DNA of 64,000 nucleotides from an uncultured Desulfospira sp. (GCA_963663165.1 OY760175.1:1952001-2016000), one strand, 5' to 3'; positions 21,331 to 31,519 are shown, counted from the stretch's first letter. The notes: a model not told the origin generated them from the sequence alone. Numbers and translations: made by a program.

Positions 21331-21481
21331 AGCAAGTTAAAATAAGTTGTACAAATTGCGCCGAATTTTTCTTTGTTTTCAAGGCGGACAAAGGCGCACA
21401 TAACGAGCTATGTGTGCCTTTGTCCAACGAAGAAAACATCAGAAAAAGGCAAGTAAGGTGTATAAGTTATTTTAACTTGCT
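21331..21481. mobile_element. Non-coding inverted-repeat element (MITE/ERIC-like), about 150 bp
   Basis: Perfect terminal IR agcaagttaaaataa/ttattttaacttgct; internal hairpin ggacaaaggcgcacata...tatgtgtgcctttgtcc. Confidence 0.7.
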
Positions 21482-21484
21482 GCC

Positions 21485-21913
21485 TTAGTTTGCCAAGGGC
21501 TTAAAGTCGCCTTTGGCCAAATCTTCTTTGCCTACAGGGCGTTTATTCCCGTCAGTTCCCAGGCAGGAAAGGGTGATCATCTCCGCCCACATCTTGCTTC
21601 CGCTTTCATCTTTCACCAGAACAAAGATGCTGTTGCCCTGTTCCTGATATTTAACGTATTCAACCCGGTTGTCATATTTTTGGCTGTCCATGATAAGGAC
21701 CCTTGCATCCTTTATCAATTCATCAGCATGAGCGGTATCGCCTTTTTCCCTGTACGTGGTTTCCTTTTGAAGGTCTTCTAATTCCCGGGCCACATAAGCC
21801 CCGTCCGAAAGAAGAATATTCGGTTCAAATGAAAACCATCCCCCCCATGCATTCCCCATAAGGGTTATCACTGCCACAGAAATAAAAACAGAACTTTTAA
21901 TCATTTCGCTCAT
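21485..21913 (-). CDS. Hypothetical exported protein
   Basis: AAGGAGG RBS; signal-peptide-like N-terminus. Confidence 0.75.
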   Translation of the reverse strand: MSEMIKSSVFISVAVITLMGNAWGGWFSFEPNILLSDGAYVARELEDLQKETTYREKGDTAHADELIKDARVLIMDSQKYDNRVEYVKYQEQGNSIFVLVKDESGSKMWAEMITLSCLGTDGNKRPVGKEDLAKGDFKPLAN

Positions 21914-22171
21914 GCTATCAGTCCTCCTTGTTTGACTGTTAAAATGAAACTAATTTTCACAATAGAGCATATATTTATGGAAAAATCAATGAATGAGATT
22001 CATAAAATAATAACAATTCAATAAAATCTGCCCTGATCCGAAAACAAGGGAACTTTTGTTTTTTTGTAACTAATCGGAATTCCGGGAGAATTCCGGGTAT
22101 AGGCTACCGTTTTTTGCATTGCTCCTGAGGTAAAATGGTATTTCGTCCCCGGAATTACCGCCGGAATTACC

Positions 22172-22330
22172 GATGACGACATTCTTTCGATCTGGAACTT
22201 TTCAGCACAAGGCTATGAGGATGATGTCTATCTCTCCTTATGGGCCGATTCAGTCGACGATATTCTGGATCTGACCATCTGGTATCTGGAGGGCGATGAA
22301 TGGGTTGAATATGATGCTGAAGACCTGACG
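22172..22330 (+). pseudogene. Start-less acidic coding fragment, probable relic of a surface protein gene
   Basis: Open frame DDDILSIWNFSAQGYEDDVYLSLWADSVDDILDLTIWYLEGDEWVEYDAEDLT with no in-frame ATG after the preceding stop. Confidence 0.5.
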
Positions 22331-22388
22331 AAACAAAGGGAAGTCCCCTGCCCTTTTCAGTCCAGGGCAGGGAAACGGGGCGGGTAGA

Positions 22389-23285
22389 TCAGGGTTTGGC
22401 TGAAAAGCTTACCGTGGCACCGTAGTAAATGGACTGGCACTTGTTGACCAGGTCCTTGAGTTCGTTATCCGGCGTGACCTTTTTTTCCACCATAACCGAG
22501 GCCACCCAGGCACCGGCCGTGGGCACCCGGATCTGGGCCTTGCCGTCCATGATATAGGCGGCCAGCATGTAGTTGTCAGGGGTCCCGAAAGTGTTTGATT
22601 TCATTAAAAGATAGTGCATCCCCTTCATGTCGCAGGTCAGGGGCTGCCCCTTGAGGGTCACGTTGAATTTGACCAGATCCCCGGCCCTCACCGTGGAAAG
22701 GTCGGTTTCGGGCATGAGTTCAAGGTCATGGCCGGCCGGCTCCGGTCTGGTCCACTGTTTGATCCCGAAATAGGATTTGGCCGTGGCCTTGTACCGGCAG
22801 CTGAACAAAAAGGACTTGGCATCCTTGATCTCGTCCATGGGTTTGGCAATCATCCGTTGTCTTCCCTTTTCGTTCACGTATCCGCTAAAGAAAGTGGCCT
22901 TGGATTCGGCCACCACCTGGTAGGTGCCCTCAAGGGTTTTGTCGGTTAAGGAAATTTTGCGAAGCCCCAGATCACCAGGGACAATGGTCATCCCGGTTCT
23001 GGAGTCAACCGCGGTTTCTTCTTTGATCACGGGCAGGGAAATGGGGGTAACGGACTGGTCCGGGCCCACCAGGTCGTACCGTTCAATATTGACCGCCCCG
23101 GCTTCGGACACAAGGAAGTCGTCCATGGGGACCGAATGGCCCCATCCAAGACTTACGATCACATGCCCCGGGGGATGGGCAAAAGATTCATTAATGTTTA
23201 CCCAGAGGGAATGGGCCATGGCCTGTCCGGCAAAAACAACGGTCAGGGCAGCAATTACAGCAACAGTTTTCAGCTTCCGGTTCAT
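22389..23285 (-). CDS. DUF4198-like periplasmic metal-transport protein
   Basis: Signal peptide AMA-HSLW (mature N-terminal His), GWGH, LELMP, G.PL. Confidence 0.8.
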   Translation of the reverse strand: MNRKLKTVAVIAALTVVFAGQAMAHSLWVNINESFAHPPGHVIVSLGWGHSVPMDDFLVSEAGAVNIERYDLVGPDQSVTPISLPVIKEETAVDSRTGMTIVPGDLGLRKISLTDKTLEGTYQVVAESKATFFSGYVNEKGRQRMIAKPMDEIKDAKSFLFSCRYKATAKSYFGIKQWTRPEPAGHDLELMPETDLSTVRAGDLVKFNVTLKGQPLTCDMKGMHYLLMKSNTFGTPDNYMLAAYIMDGKAQIRVPTAGAWVASVMVEKKVTPDNELKDLVNKCQSIYYGATVSFSAKP

Positions 23286-23383
23286 TTAATTCTTCTCCTT
23301 TTTTAGGTTACCAAGTTATAGGGACTGAGGCTAAAGGCCATCAGGCACCTTTCATCCTTCATCCTTTCATTATCCTTCATCCT

Positions 23384-23710
23384 TTACTTCCCGGTCCCTG
23401 CAGGCCCTTCCTGCCGGACGGTATGTCCGGGGCCGCCGTCCAGAAAGACCGTATAAGGCTGGGCCGGGATCTTAAACTCAACCTCGCCGTTTTCATCCAA
23501 TACAAATTTTTGAATCACCTTCTGATTGTCATCCAAAAGGAACAAGGGAAGACCGGCCGCCAATGCCCCTGTGGAAAACATCCCTTCCACGGACACGGTG
23601 CCGTCTTCATTGTCTGTCAGGTTCATAAAAATGGTGTGGCCAAAGACAGGGCCCGTGGCAAGCAGCAGGACAATGAGCGCAGCCATCAGGGTTAATCCGC
23701 TTTTCTTCAT
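23384..23710 (-). CDS. Small exported protein (Ni/Co transport accessory-like)
   Basis: Signal peptide then H; GMFSTG, DENGEVEF, GGPGH; resembles the N-domain of 26513-27148. Confidence 0.7.
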   Translation of the reverse strand: MKKSGLTLMAALIVLLLATGPVFGHTIFMNLTDNEDGTVSVEGMFSTGALAAGLPLFLLDDNQKVIQKFVLDENGEVEFKIPAQPYTVFLDGGPGHTVRQEGPAGTGK

Positions 23711-24290
23711 TGGGTTACCTCTTTGTTTACAGGTTGAAATCTTCTTCTCCTAACATGCACCATCGGCAAAATTCTACCCGGATCGGTAACTTTTCTGCCC
23801 GGATCAGGATTTTAGCAGGGGATAATCTTAACCATCTTTCACCAAAATTTGCCAGCCGGCCGCTGACATACATTGCTGATTTAGTTACCTTCCCCTTATG
23901 ATATTTCCATATTTAACAAAGGATTTCAATGCCGGTCAAGTAATATAACACATACAAGGCTTCAGTACGTAAAGTTCAATTTGAGAAGGGTAAAACCGGC
24001 TGTCATATTGAAAGAAGAGAAAATAATGGTGGAACCCTTTGGCCAAACCTATTTGACATATATTTTCCCGCGGTTTGAAAAATTTATAAAAAGCCTGATA
24101 TGGTCTTTCATGTGGGACCGGTGTCCGACCAAAGGTTACGCGCCCCATTGGGATGCGGCCTTGATTCCCCAAAAGTTTATCCGGCGGATTAAACCCTGAT
24201 TGCCAGAACAGGGTGTTATATGATAGACAACTAAGACTTCAGGACATATCCGGGTGCCATTTATAAACCAAACATAAAGGCCGTCAGGCA

Positions 24291-24704
24291 ATGGAAATTA
24301 AAAGATTATCCAAAATTATTGTAGAATTTTATGAGAAATTATCTTCCTGGGAGGATTCCGTAGTCCGGGACAGCGGGCTGACCACCACCCAGGCCCATAC
24401 CATTGAAATTGTGGGGCATTCCGGCCCCATCAAAATGAAAGACCTGGCAGAAAAAAGCGGGGTCACCACCGGGACCCTGACGGTAGGGGTGGACCGGCTG
24501 GAAAAAAAGGGCCTCTTGGTTCGAAAGCCCCATGAAAAGGACCGGCGGGCTTATCTCATTGACCTGACCGATGAAGGGAAAAAACATTTTGAACTGCACC
24601 ACCAGTTCCACCTGAGCATGACCCAGGAACTGGTAGAAGATTTAGATCCGGATGATATAGACCGGTTTGCAGGAATTCTTGAAAAGATATTAAAGAAGAT
24701 ATAA
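24291..24704 (+). CDS. MarR-family transcriptional regulator
   Basis: MKDLA...VTTGTLTV.VDRLEKKGLL.R.P...DRR...I.LT..G. Confidence 0.92.
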   Translation: MEIKRLSKIIVEFYEKLSSWEDSVVRDSGLTTTQAHTIEIVGHSGPIKMKDLAEKSGVTTGTLTVGVDRLEKKGLLVRKPHEKDRRAYLIDLTDEGKKHFELHHQFHLSMTQELVEDLDPDDIDRFAGILEKILKKI

Positions 24705-24706
24705 TC

Positions 24707-24752
24707 GGCTTCCGGTTTGATGAGAGAACAGCAACCCCATCAAACCGGAGCC
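24707..24752. terminator. Hairpin downstream of the MarR gene
   Basis: ggcttccggtttgatg...catcaaaccggagcc. Confidence 0.55.
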
Positions 24753-24871
24753 ATTTAAGCCGCTATTTCCTGGTCATGGGTTTGCCGCAGCAGGGAAAGG
24801 TGCCATGAGAGCAAAACAGCAGGGCAAGAGATGCGAGGGCTCTGCAGGCTTTAGCGGGGAATTAATTTTTA

Positions 24872-24982
24872 TAATGTATATTGTTGAGACTTGGGATATG
24901 GGATATGGGACTTGGGGAGGCCGTGGATGCCGCAATCCCCAGGTCCCATATCCCAAGTCCCAAGTCCAATTTTTTGGAGATT
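24872..24982. repeat. Dispersed heptamer-built hairpin element, copy 1
   Basis: Heptamer arms (tgggata, tgggact) around aggccgtggatgccgcaat; inverted near-copy at 55255-55344. Confidence 0.75.
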
Positions 24983-25041
24983 ATCCCTACCCCAGGATTT
25001 GTTTAAAGATAAGGCCGACAAGAATTTTTGAGATGATCTGT

Positions 25042-25761
25042 TTATTCCGTCCGGCAGCAGGCGTGGAATTCATCCGACCGGCTTTTAAAGTTGATTTCGC
25101 CGTTTTTCATGGCGAAAATATCCCGTGTAGTCCGGACCAGAAAATCAAATTCGTGGGATACGACCACATACCCAATGTCCAGTTCGTCCAGAACCTCAAT
25201 CATCCGTTCAACGGTTTTTTCATCCAGGCCGGTGGTGGGCTCGTCCAGGAGCAGGACCTCGGGTTCCATGACCAGAACCGTGGCAAGGGAAACCAACTTT
25301 TTTTCCCCGCCTGACAGTTTATAGGTAATCCGGTCTTCAAAGCCTTCAAGGTTCAACCGCCTGAGCATATTCCGGGACTGTTCAACGGCCTGTTCAGGGG
25401 ATTTTCCCATATTCAGCAGCCCAAAGGCCACATCCTCAATTACGGTGGGGGAAAACAGCTGGTCATCAGCGTTTTGAAACACAAACCCCAGCCGGCTGCG
25501 GGCGTATCTGAAATCTTTTTCATTTTCCATGGTCCGGCCAAACAGGGTGACCGTGCCGGATTCGGCTTTCAACAACCCCATCAGAAGGTGCATGAACGTG
25601 GATTTCCCGCTGCCGTTCGGGCCGATCAGGCCCAACCGTTCACTTTTGCGCAGCTGAAAATTAAGATGGTCCAAGACCCGGCCCCGGCCGGGATAAGAAA
25701 AACAGATGTCCTTAAGGTCAATTAAAAGATCATCGGATTGAACAATGTCGGATTCAGCCAT
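25042..25761 (-). CDS. cbiO: Ni/Co ECF transporter ATPase
   Basis: GPNGSGKS, FQNADDQLF, LSGGEKK, LDEPT. Confidence 0.9.
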   Translation of the reverse strand: MAESDIVQSDDLLIDLKDICFSYPGRGRVLDHLNFQLRKSERLGLIGPNGSGKSTFMHLLMGLLKAESGTVTLFGRTMENEKDFRYARSRLGFVFQNADDQLFSPTVIEDVAFGLLNMGKSPEQAVEQSRNMLRRLNLEGFEDRITYKLSGGEKKLVSLATVLVMEPEVLLLDEPTTGLDEKTVERMIEVLDELDIGYVVVSHEFDFLVRTTRDIFAMKNGEINFKSRSDEFHACCRTE

Positions 25762-26501
25762 TCCAGATTCCCCAGCAAAATTAAAATAATTATAAACCCG
25801 GCCGCCCAGGCCCGGTCAAGCTTTGAAAATTCAAATTGGTGCAGGCAGTAAAATTTACCTTTAAACCCCCGGCAAAGCATGGACTGGTACACCCGGTCCG
25901 CCCGTGCCGAAGCCCGGACTAAAAGCATGCCAAACAAATAGGCATAACTTCTGTACGTATGCAGATTGGTTTTGGGCTCAAACCCCCTGACCTTCATGGC
26001 GCAGCTCAGGCGCCGGTACTCCTGTTCCAGTACAAACACATACCGGTAGGCAATGAGCAGCAGATAGACAATTTTTTGAGGCATGTGCAGCCGGTTTAAG
26101 GCATTGCCTAAAGTGGCAATGGTCATGGTGGACACCAGGGCAATAAAGGCCAGGAGAATGGCATTGGATTTAAGGGTGATCTGAAGCGCCAGGATCACCC
26201 CTTCCCGGGCACAGTCCAGGGGGCCGACGGTGAACAGCACGGTTCCCTCAAAGGTAAAGGGCAGGACCAGGAGCAGCGCCAGGTTAAACCCGTTGATCAC
26301 GCTCAGCCGCTTGGCCGCTTCTTTTACGGGAATTCGGGACATACCGACCAGGATAAGGGACAGCACAAGGCCTGCCGCCATGGCGGAAAAAGATTTGGAA
26401 ACCGCCAGAAAAAAGGAAAACAGGACAGCAAATACAATCCTGAGCCTCGGGTCAAGGCGGTGGAGAACAGAATCTCCGGTGGCAAAGGCTTCGCTGAGCA
26501 T
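25722..26501 (-). CDS. cbiQ: Ni/Co ECF transporter T component
   Basis: LHRLDPR, YRY..V, AMKVRGF, SMLCRGF. Confidence 0.9.
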   Translation of the reverse strand: MLSEAFATGDSVLHRLDPRLRIVFAVLFSFFLAVSKSFSAMAAGLVLSLILVGMSRIPVKEAAKRLSVINGFNLALLLVLPFTFEGTVLFTVGPLDCAREGVILALQITLKSNAILLAFIALVSTMTIATLGNALNRLHMPQKIVYLLLIAYRYVFVLEQEYRRLSCAMKVRGFEPKTNLHTYRSYAYLFGMLLVRASARADRVYQSMLCRGFKGKFYCLHQFEFSKLDRAWAAGFIIILILLGNLEWLNPTLFNPMIF

Positions 26502-26512
26502 AAATCTCCTTT

Positions 26513-27148
26513 TTAATCTTCTTTTCTTTTCCGGTAATTAAAATAGGCTCCCAAGCCGACCAGCCCGAGAATATAGCCGATTCCCCCGGCAATATCCTTG
26601 AATTCGGGCCCCACATCCTCTTTTTGGGCCAGTCTTCTGATAATGGGTTTGAGTTTTTTATCCAGGGATTTTTCCACAATCCGCTCAATTTCTTTGGCAC
26701 TGACCGAAGCCACCGCAGGTGTGCCTGCAGGTGCGGCCAAAGCTTGAGCCGATGCGGGTTGGGCTGCCTGATCCGCTCTCACGGCCGTGGACGGTTCATC
26801 GGGAAAGGCGGCCTGGACATCTTCTAAAGGGATATAGGCCTCGGTCTGGTGTCCCATACCGGCGTTAACTTTAAGTTTTAAAGCACATTTTTTGGGAATT
26901 TTAAAGGAATATTCGCCCTGATCGTTGGTCTTTCCTTTGAGCAGTTCATTGCCGACATCGTCAAATACGGTGACTTCAGCATTTTTAGCCAAAGATCCGT
27001 CACCAAAGCCTGCTTCAAGAAAGGCGGAATCCTCCTCGACCCAGGCAGTCATGAAAATTTTATGGGCCATGGCCGGCAGGGCCGTTATCAGCGAAGCGCA
27101 CACCAGCATAACCAGCGGCAGGGTGATGCGCATGGTCTTATTCAACAT
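26513..27148 (-). CDS. CbiL/NikL-like accessory component
   Basis: Signal peptide AMA-HK, GKTNDQGEYSF, AGMGH, C-terminal TM GGIGYILGL.GL. Confidence 0.8.
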   Translation of the reverse strand: MLNKTMRITLPLVMLVCASLITALPAMAHKIFMTAWVEEDSAFLEAGFGDGSLAKNAEVTVFDDVGNELLKGKTNDQGEYSFKIPKKCALKLKVNAGMGHQTEAYIPLEDVQAAFPDEPSTAVRADQAAQPASAQALAAPAGTPAVASVSAKEIERIVEKSLDKKLKPIIRRLAQKEDVGPEFKDIAGGIGYILGLVGLGAYFNYRKRKED

Positions 27149-27183
27149 TAATCTCTCTCCTTAAACTTGATTGGCCGGCCGCT

Positions 27184-27795
27184 TTAAACCTTTCTGGCAG
27201 CCCCGGGGATGGCGTCCGGCTGAACTTTTTTCAAAAATCCCACGCAGCATGCCGTGACCACGCCCTCTATAATCATCACCGGTATATGGGCGGTGATCAC
27301 CAGGGCGGCCACTTCAAAAAAACTTTTTTCCGTGAAAATAAGGGAAACTGCCACCATGAGGGCCGTTAAAAAAACCGAAACAAACCCGCAGGCAAAAGCG
27401 GCACCAACCGCAAATTTTGAATCTTTGTGAACCAGGGGGCCAAAAATATAAAAGCACAAGACGGCTGGGCCTGCCACATTCAGGGTATTGACCCCAAGCA
27501 CGGTGATGCCGCCGAACTGGAAGAACATGGCCTGCAGGGCAAGGCCCACCAGAACCGCCGGGAACGCTCCCCACCCCAGCAACAGCCCCAAAATGCCGTT
27601 GAGCAGCAGATGGACACTTGAAGGGCCGACAGGGACATGAATCAGGGATGCCATGAAAAAAGCAGCCGATAAAATCCCCACCTGGGCCATGCGGTCATAA
27701 TCTAATTTTTTTAATCCAATGGCAGTACCTGCGGCTGTTAAAGCTCCGCCGCTTAGAAGAACCGGTGCGGAAAGCACCCCTTCTGAGATATGCAT
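27184..27795 (-). CDS. cbiM: Ni/Co ECF S component CbiM/NikM
   Basis: N-terminal MHISEG, SSVHL, FQFGGITVLGVN, HIP..IIEG. Confidence 0.9.
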   Translation of the reverse strand: MHISEGVLSAPVLLSGGALTAAGTAIGLKKLDYDRMAQVGILSAAFFMASLIHVPVGPSSVHLLLNGILGLLLGWGAFPAVLVGLALQAMFFQFGGITVLGVNTLNVAGPAVLCFYIFGPLVHKDSKFAVGAAFACGFVSVFLTALMVAVSLIFTEKSFFEVAALVITAHIPVMIIEGVVTACCVGFLKKVQPDAIPGAARKV

Positions 27796-27853
27796 GAAAA
27801 TTTTACTCCGTTGGTTGTCTTTTAGCTGTTAGCTGTTAGCGTTGGATGCCGGT

Positions 27854-28657
27854 CTATTTCATTTGCGTGACTTCAACCCAAATTACGGCGTCCTGGGAAA
27901 GTTCCTTTCCATCAAATTCTTTTACCGGGCCAGCCCCTAAGGCGCAAAATCCCCACCATCCGGCCTTGGGCAACCCATAAGAAAACTCGCCCAAGCTGTT
28001 GCTTTTAATGGTGGTGGGCCAGACAAAAGTGGGCCTGGTTGAAGCATTTTCTTCTTTGGCAAAGCAGTTTTGAGCCATATCCGGGGTATGGTTCATATAT
28101 TCGACTTCAATATCACAAAAAGGAACCGGCTTGCCATCCCCTTTGACAATACCGGTAAAGACATTTCCTACCAGCATGGCATAGGGTTTGGTTAAGGGAA
28201 CGATCTCCGCTTCCAGCCCGACTTCGGCATCCCAGTCCGTGGGAAGGCCGCCGACATTGACCACGGTTTTGGCAATCTGCTGGATATAAATCCCGTCGGC
28301 CTCTTCAAAGTAGGCCACGGGTTTAAGACAGAACAGCCAGTCCCCCATCCCCCTTAACTTATAGGCGGTTTCAAAGGCCTGGGCTGAATTGGTCAGGCTT
28401 GTCCAGGTAATGGGCTTCAAGGTTGAGGTCAGGTCTGTCTTTTTTCCTTTATGGATGGTGAAAAAAAATTCCGGCGTTTCCATCTTCATGGTATGCCCGG
28501 CGTCATAGGGGTGGGTGAATACCATTTTCAAATTCATTTGCCCGCCCCTGGCCCGGGCCATTTCCGGGGTATAAATCATTTGAAAGTGGGCAAAACAAGT
28601 TGAGGTGAACATGAGAACCATTACAAAGAAAAAAATTCTGACTATGTGGTTGTTCAT
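27854..28657 (-). CDS. DUF4198 periplasmic protein (NikK/CbiK-type of ECF operons)
   Basis: AHFQMIY, FTHP, EIVPLTKPY, GWWGFCAL. Confidence 0.85.
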   Translation of the reverse strand: MNNHIVRIFFFVMVLMFTSTCFAHFQMIYTPEMARARGGQMNLKMVFTHPYDAGHTMKMETPEFFFTIHKGKKTDLTSTLKPITWTSLTNSAQAFETAYKLRGMGDWLFCLKPVAYFEEADGIYIQQIAKTVVNVGGLPTDWDAEVGLEAEIVPLTKPYAMLVGNVFTGIVKGDGKPVPFCDIEVEYMNHTPDMAQNCFAKEENASTRPTFVWPTTIKSNSLGEFSYGLPKAGWWGFCALGAGPVKEFDGKELSQDAVIWVEVTQMK

Positions 28658-28950
28658 TTTATCTCCTTAATACGATTTGCTATGGCGGTTTGATGTTAGC
28701 CCTTAGCGGTTGAGTACCAGCTGTCAGAAGCAGCTGATAGCTCTCAGAGATAAACCACTTTGCTCATTTTTACAAGGTTTAAAAAAAGATATCCAATTAA
28801 AATAATTGGGATTTCAAACTATTTGATAGAAAGATTATAAGCTGGTCGGGACTACCTTTCAGGTGATACTGACGACACTTAAAACCACCTCATTTCCAGG
28901 AACTTTCACAATTTTATGGGAAACTGAAGACCAGGGAACGGGCGTTGCGA

Positions 28951-29463
28951 TCAAAACCCAAACACGCCAAAATCAATGGCTTCGTTCTGACGATGGCTGC
29001 ACTTTCCGGTCATTTTATCCACGGTAATTTCCAGAAACGGCGACGGCGTATCCGGACGGCAGAATTTTTCAGCGGCTTTGGAATAGTCCGAATTCATGAC
29101 CTTCCCGAGTTTTTCCCAGCCCGATTTCATCTGTTCGCTGTCCCGGACCACTGTGGCGGTCCCGAAAAAGGAAGCCCCCAACCAGCAGGAAAGGTCTTTG
29201 CTTGTTAAGGTGATTTTAAGCAGCACCTTGGGATTGGTGCGGATATTTTTCATGGTGGTGCCTTTAGGGTTGATCATGAATCCGATGCGGTTTTGGGCCG
29301 GCAGAAAATAGGTGGCTTCAATGGCAAAGGGGGCGTTATCCTTATCCACCGTGCAAATGGAAGCCCAGTTGCCATGCTCAAGGGCTAAAAGGATCTCTTC
29401 AGATGTCATGTTGCGCAAGGTTGTTTTTCCTTTTTGTAAGGGGGTTAGACTGAAGGGTATCAA
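28951..29463 (-). CDS. Pyridoxamine 5'-phosphate oxidase-like split-barrel protein
   Basis: ICTVD..N.PFA, KGTTMKNIRTNPKV, ITVDKMTGK. Start may be about 29410. Confidence 0.75.
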   Translation of the reverse strand: MIPFSLTPLQKGKTTLRNMTSEEILLALEHGNWASICTVDKDNAPFAIEATYFLPAQNRIGFMINPKGTTMKNIRTNPKVLLKITLTSKDLSCWLGASFFGTATVVRDSEQMKSGWEKLGKVMNSDYSKAAEKFCRPDTPSPFLEITVDKMTGKCSHRQNEAIDFGVFGF

Positions 29464-29484
29464 GCACCTCCTTCAGTCTTCAGC

Positions 29485-29994
29485 CTATTTTCCTATTCCA
29501 TCCACAATCCCGGCAATAAATGCCCTGGCCTGTTCCAGATCCTTTTCATCGGGGTGTTTTTCAGCTTCTTTGAGCCGGGCCTGGCGTTCCGGGGTCATGG
29601 AGTGGTGGGGATCATTTTTCATCCGGCTCATCATTTCAATGATCTTGGGGTCCACCTTTCCCTGACACAAGAAATCCCCTAAAATAGTGTTGGCCGCCAG
29701 CAGCTCTTTTACTTTTTTACGGCAGCTGTCGGCATGTTCCGAATCCGGTTCCGCGCCCAGGGTGCCGAACAAAGCAACGGACTTGTTCTTAACTTTTTCA
29801 AAAAACGTTCTGGACTTTTCATCGGCCGTGCCCTTATCCACCCAGTATCCCAGGACCACCAGATCATGGGATTCAATATCCGGGTCTGCTTCCACGGCAA
29901 CGATATCCTTGGGCTCAGGCAGGGCTTCAAAAAGGGCATTGGCCACTTTCTGGGTGTTTCCGGTCCGGCTGGAAAAAACTACAATAGATTTCAT
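29485..29994 (-). CDS. Flavodoxin-family protein, HmuF-like
   Basis: SSRTGNT FMN loop; GYWVDKGT, GTLGAEPDSEH, PHH.MTPER, HPDE.D resemble Fusobacterium HmuF as recalled; lies in a HutW operon. Confidence 0.85.
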   Translation of the reverse strand: MKSIVVFSSRTGNTQKVANALFEALPEPKDIVAVEADPDIESHDLVVLGYWVDKGTADEKSRTFFEKVKNKSVALFGTLGAEPDSEHADSCRKKVKELLAANTILGDFLCQGKVDPKIIEMMSRMKNDPHHSMTPERQARLKEAEKHPDEKDLEQARAFIAGIVDGIGK

Positions 29995-30100
29995 TTTCTA
30001 TTCCTTGAATTAGTGATTAGCTGTTAGTGATTAGCTGTTAGCTGTTAGCCTTTAGCTTTTAGCCTTTAGTGATAGCTGTCAGTTCCTGGCATTTCATCCT

Positions 30101-31519
30101 TCATCCTTTCAAAAGGGGCAGGGCCAGCTCATGGGTGCAGGCCTTGGCCATGAGTTCCAGATCATGGGTAATCACCAGCACCAGGATTCCGCTGGCCGCA
30201 AGTTCCCGGATCATGTTGGAAATAATGTCCATATTCACCCCGTCAAGGCCGGACGTGGGTTCGTCCAGGATCAGGACCCCCGGGGACTTAATCAGGGCTG
30301 CGGCAATGACCAGCCGCTGTTTTTGCCCCCCGGAAAGGGACTGGGGATGCCGCTTTGAAAAACGGGAGAGGTTGAATTTTTCCAAAAGGTCCTGGACATC
30401 TTCCGTTTTCCCTTTAAATTTTTCCCCGGAAAAATAAAGCTCTTTTTCAACGGTTTTCATGTGAAGCTGGTGATCGGTATTTTGAAGGACAATGCTCCCT
30501 TTTTTCAAAAGCTGCTTTGGGGTCAGACTGACCCCGTCCTTGCGGATCACGGCGTTTTTCACGGGCAGCAGGCCGGTGAGCATCCGGGCCAGGGTGGTCT
30601 TGCCGGTGCCGTTGCCCCCGGTCACGGCCACGGCCGCGCTGCCGGGAAAGGATAAGGAGGCCCTATCGTAAATCAGGGGTTTATTTTTATACCCGAATGT
30701 CAAATTTTCAACGGTGATCTTGTGGTCCCGGACTTTAAAGGTGCCGTCGGCCCGGCCGATTTCCGGCAGGCGCCCGTTCAAAGGGGATACCCGGGCGGCG
30801 CGCAGCCCGTACCTTTCCCGGAAGGCATCATCATCCAGGGTGTCAAAACCGGTTTCTTCAGCGATTTTCCCGTTTTCCAGCACCAGGACCCGGTCAATCA
30901 ATCCCTTAAGCCAGTAAAGCCTGTGGTCGGCAATAAAAAGGGTCATGCCCTGGGCTTTTAACTTGGCCAGGTGGCCGGCAAGCTCCCGGGTGGCCACGGG
31001 GTCCAGGTTGGCCGAGGGTTCATCCAGGATCAACAGCCTGGGATTCAGGGCCAGGACAGACCCCAGGGCCAGCTTTTGTTTTTCCCCTTCAGACAAATCA
31101 AAAATGGAATTTCCCATTACTTTTTGAAGGCCGAACCGCCGGGTTTCCTTAGCCAGGATCTTGGCGATCCGGTCCGGGCGCTCTCCCCGGCACTCCAGGG
31201 CAAACCCCATTTCATCGGTAGCATTCAAGGCGAAGAACTGGTGTTCCGGGTCCTGGAACATGGTGCCCACGGTCTTTGAAATTTCGTGAACACTTAACGC
31301 TTTTGTCTCCCGGCCATTGATCTTCACACTGCCTTCAAAGATCCCTTTAAAATAGTGGGGAGAAAGGCCGTTGATCAGCCGGATCAGGGTGGATTTCCCG
31401 GAACCGGAGCTGCCGGTGCAAAGAACGGCCTGGCCTTGTGGCACATCAAAACTGATCTGTTCAACGGCCGGTTCCGGATGAAAGGGATAGGTATAGGTGA
31501 CGTTTTTAAACTCAATCAT
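30101..31519 (-). CDS. ECF transporter fused double ATPase (A-A')
   Basis: Two Walker A (GSSGSGKS, GGNGTGKT), two signatures (LSEGE, LSGGQ), FQDPEHQFF. Confidence 0.9.
   Translation of the reverse strand: MIEFKNVTYTYPFHPEPAVEQISFDVPQGQAVLCTGSSGSGKSTLIRLINGLSPHYFKGIFEGSVKINGRETKALSVHEISKTVGTMFQDPEHQFFALNATDEMGFALECRGERPDRIAKILAKETRRFGLQKVMGNSIFDLSEGEKQKLALGSVLALNPRLLILDEPSANLDPVATRELAGHLAKLKAQGMTLFIADHRLYWLKGLIDRVLVLENGKIAEETGFDTLDDDAFRERYGLRAARVSPLNGRLPEIGRADGTFKVRDHKITVENLTFGYKNKPLIYDRASLSFPGSAAVAVTGGNGTGKTTLARMLTGLLPVKNAVIRKDGVSLTPKQLLKKGSIVLQNTDHQLHMKTVEKELYFSGEKFKGKTEDVQDLLEKFNLSRFSKRHPQSLSGGQKQRLVIAAALIKSPGVLILDEPTSGLDGVNMDIISNMIRELAASGILVLVITHDLELMAKACTHELALPLLKG

Noticed and set aside
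23720..24280. Short ORFs and a NikR-like box between the DUF4198 unit and MarR
   Set aside because: No homology cues; the GTGTTA...TAAGAC half-site and spacing are unconvincing.
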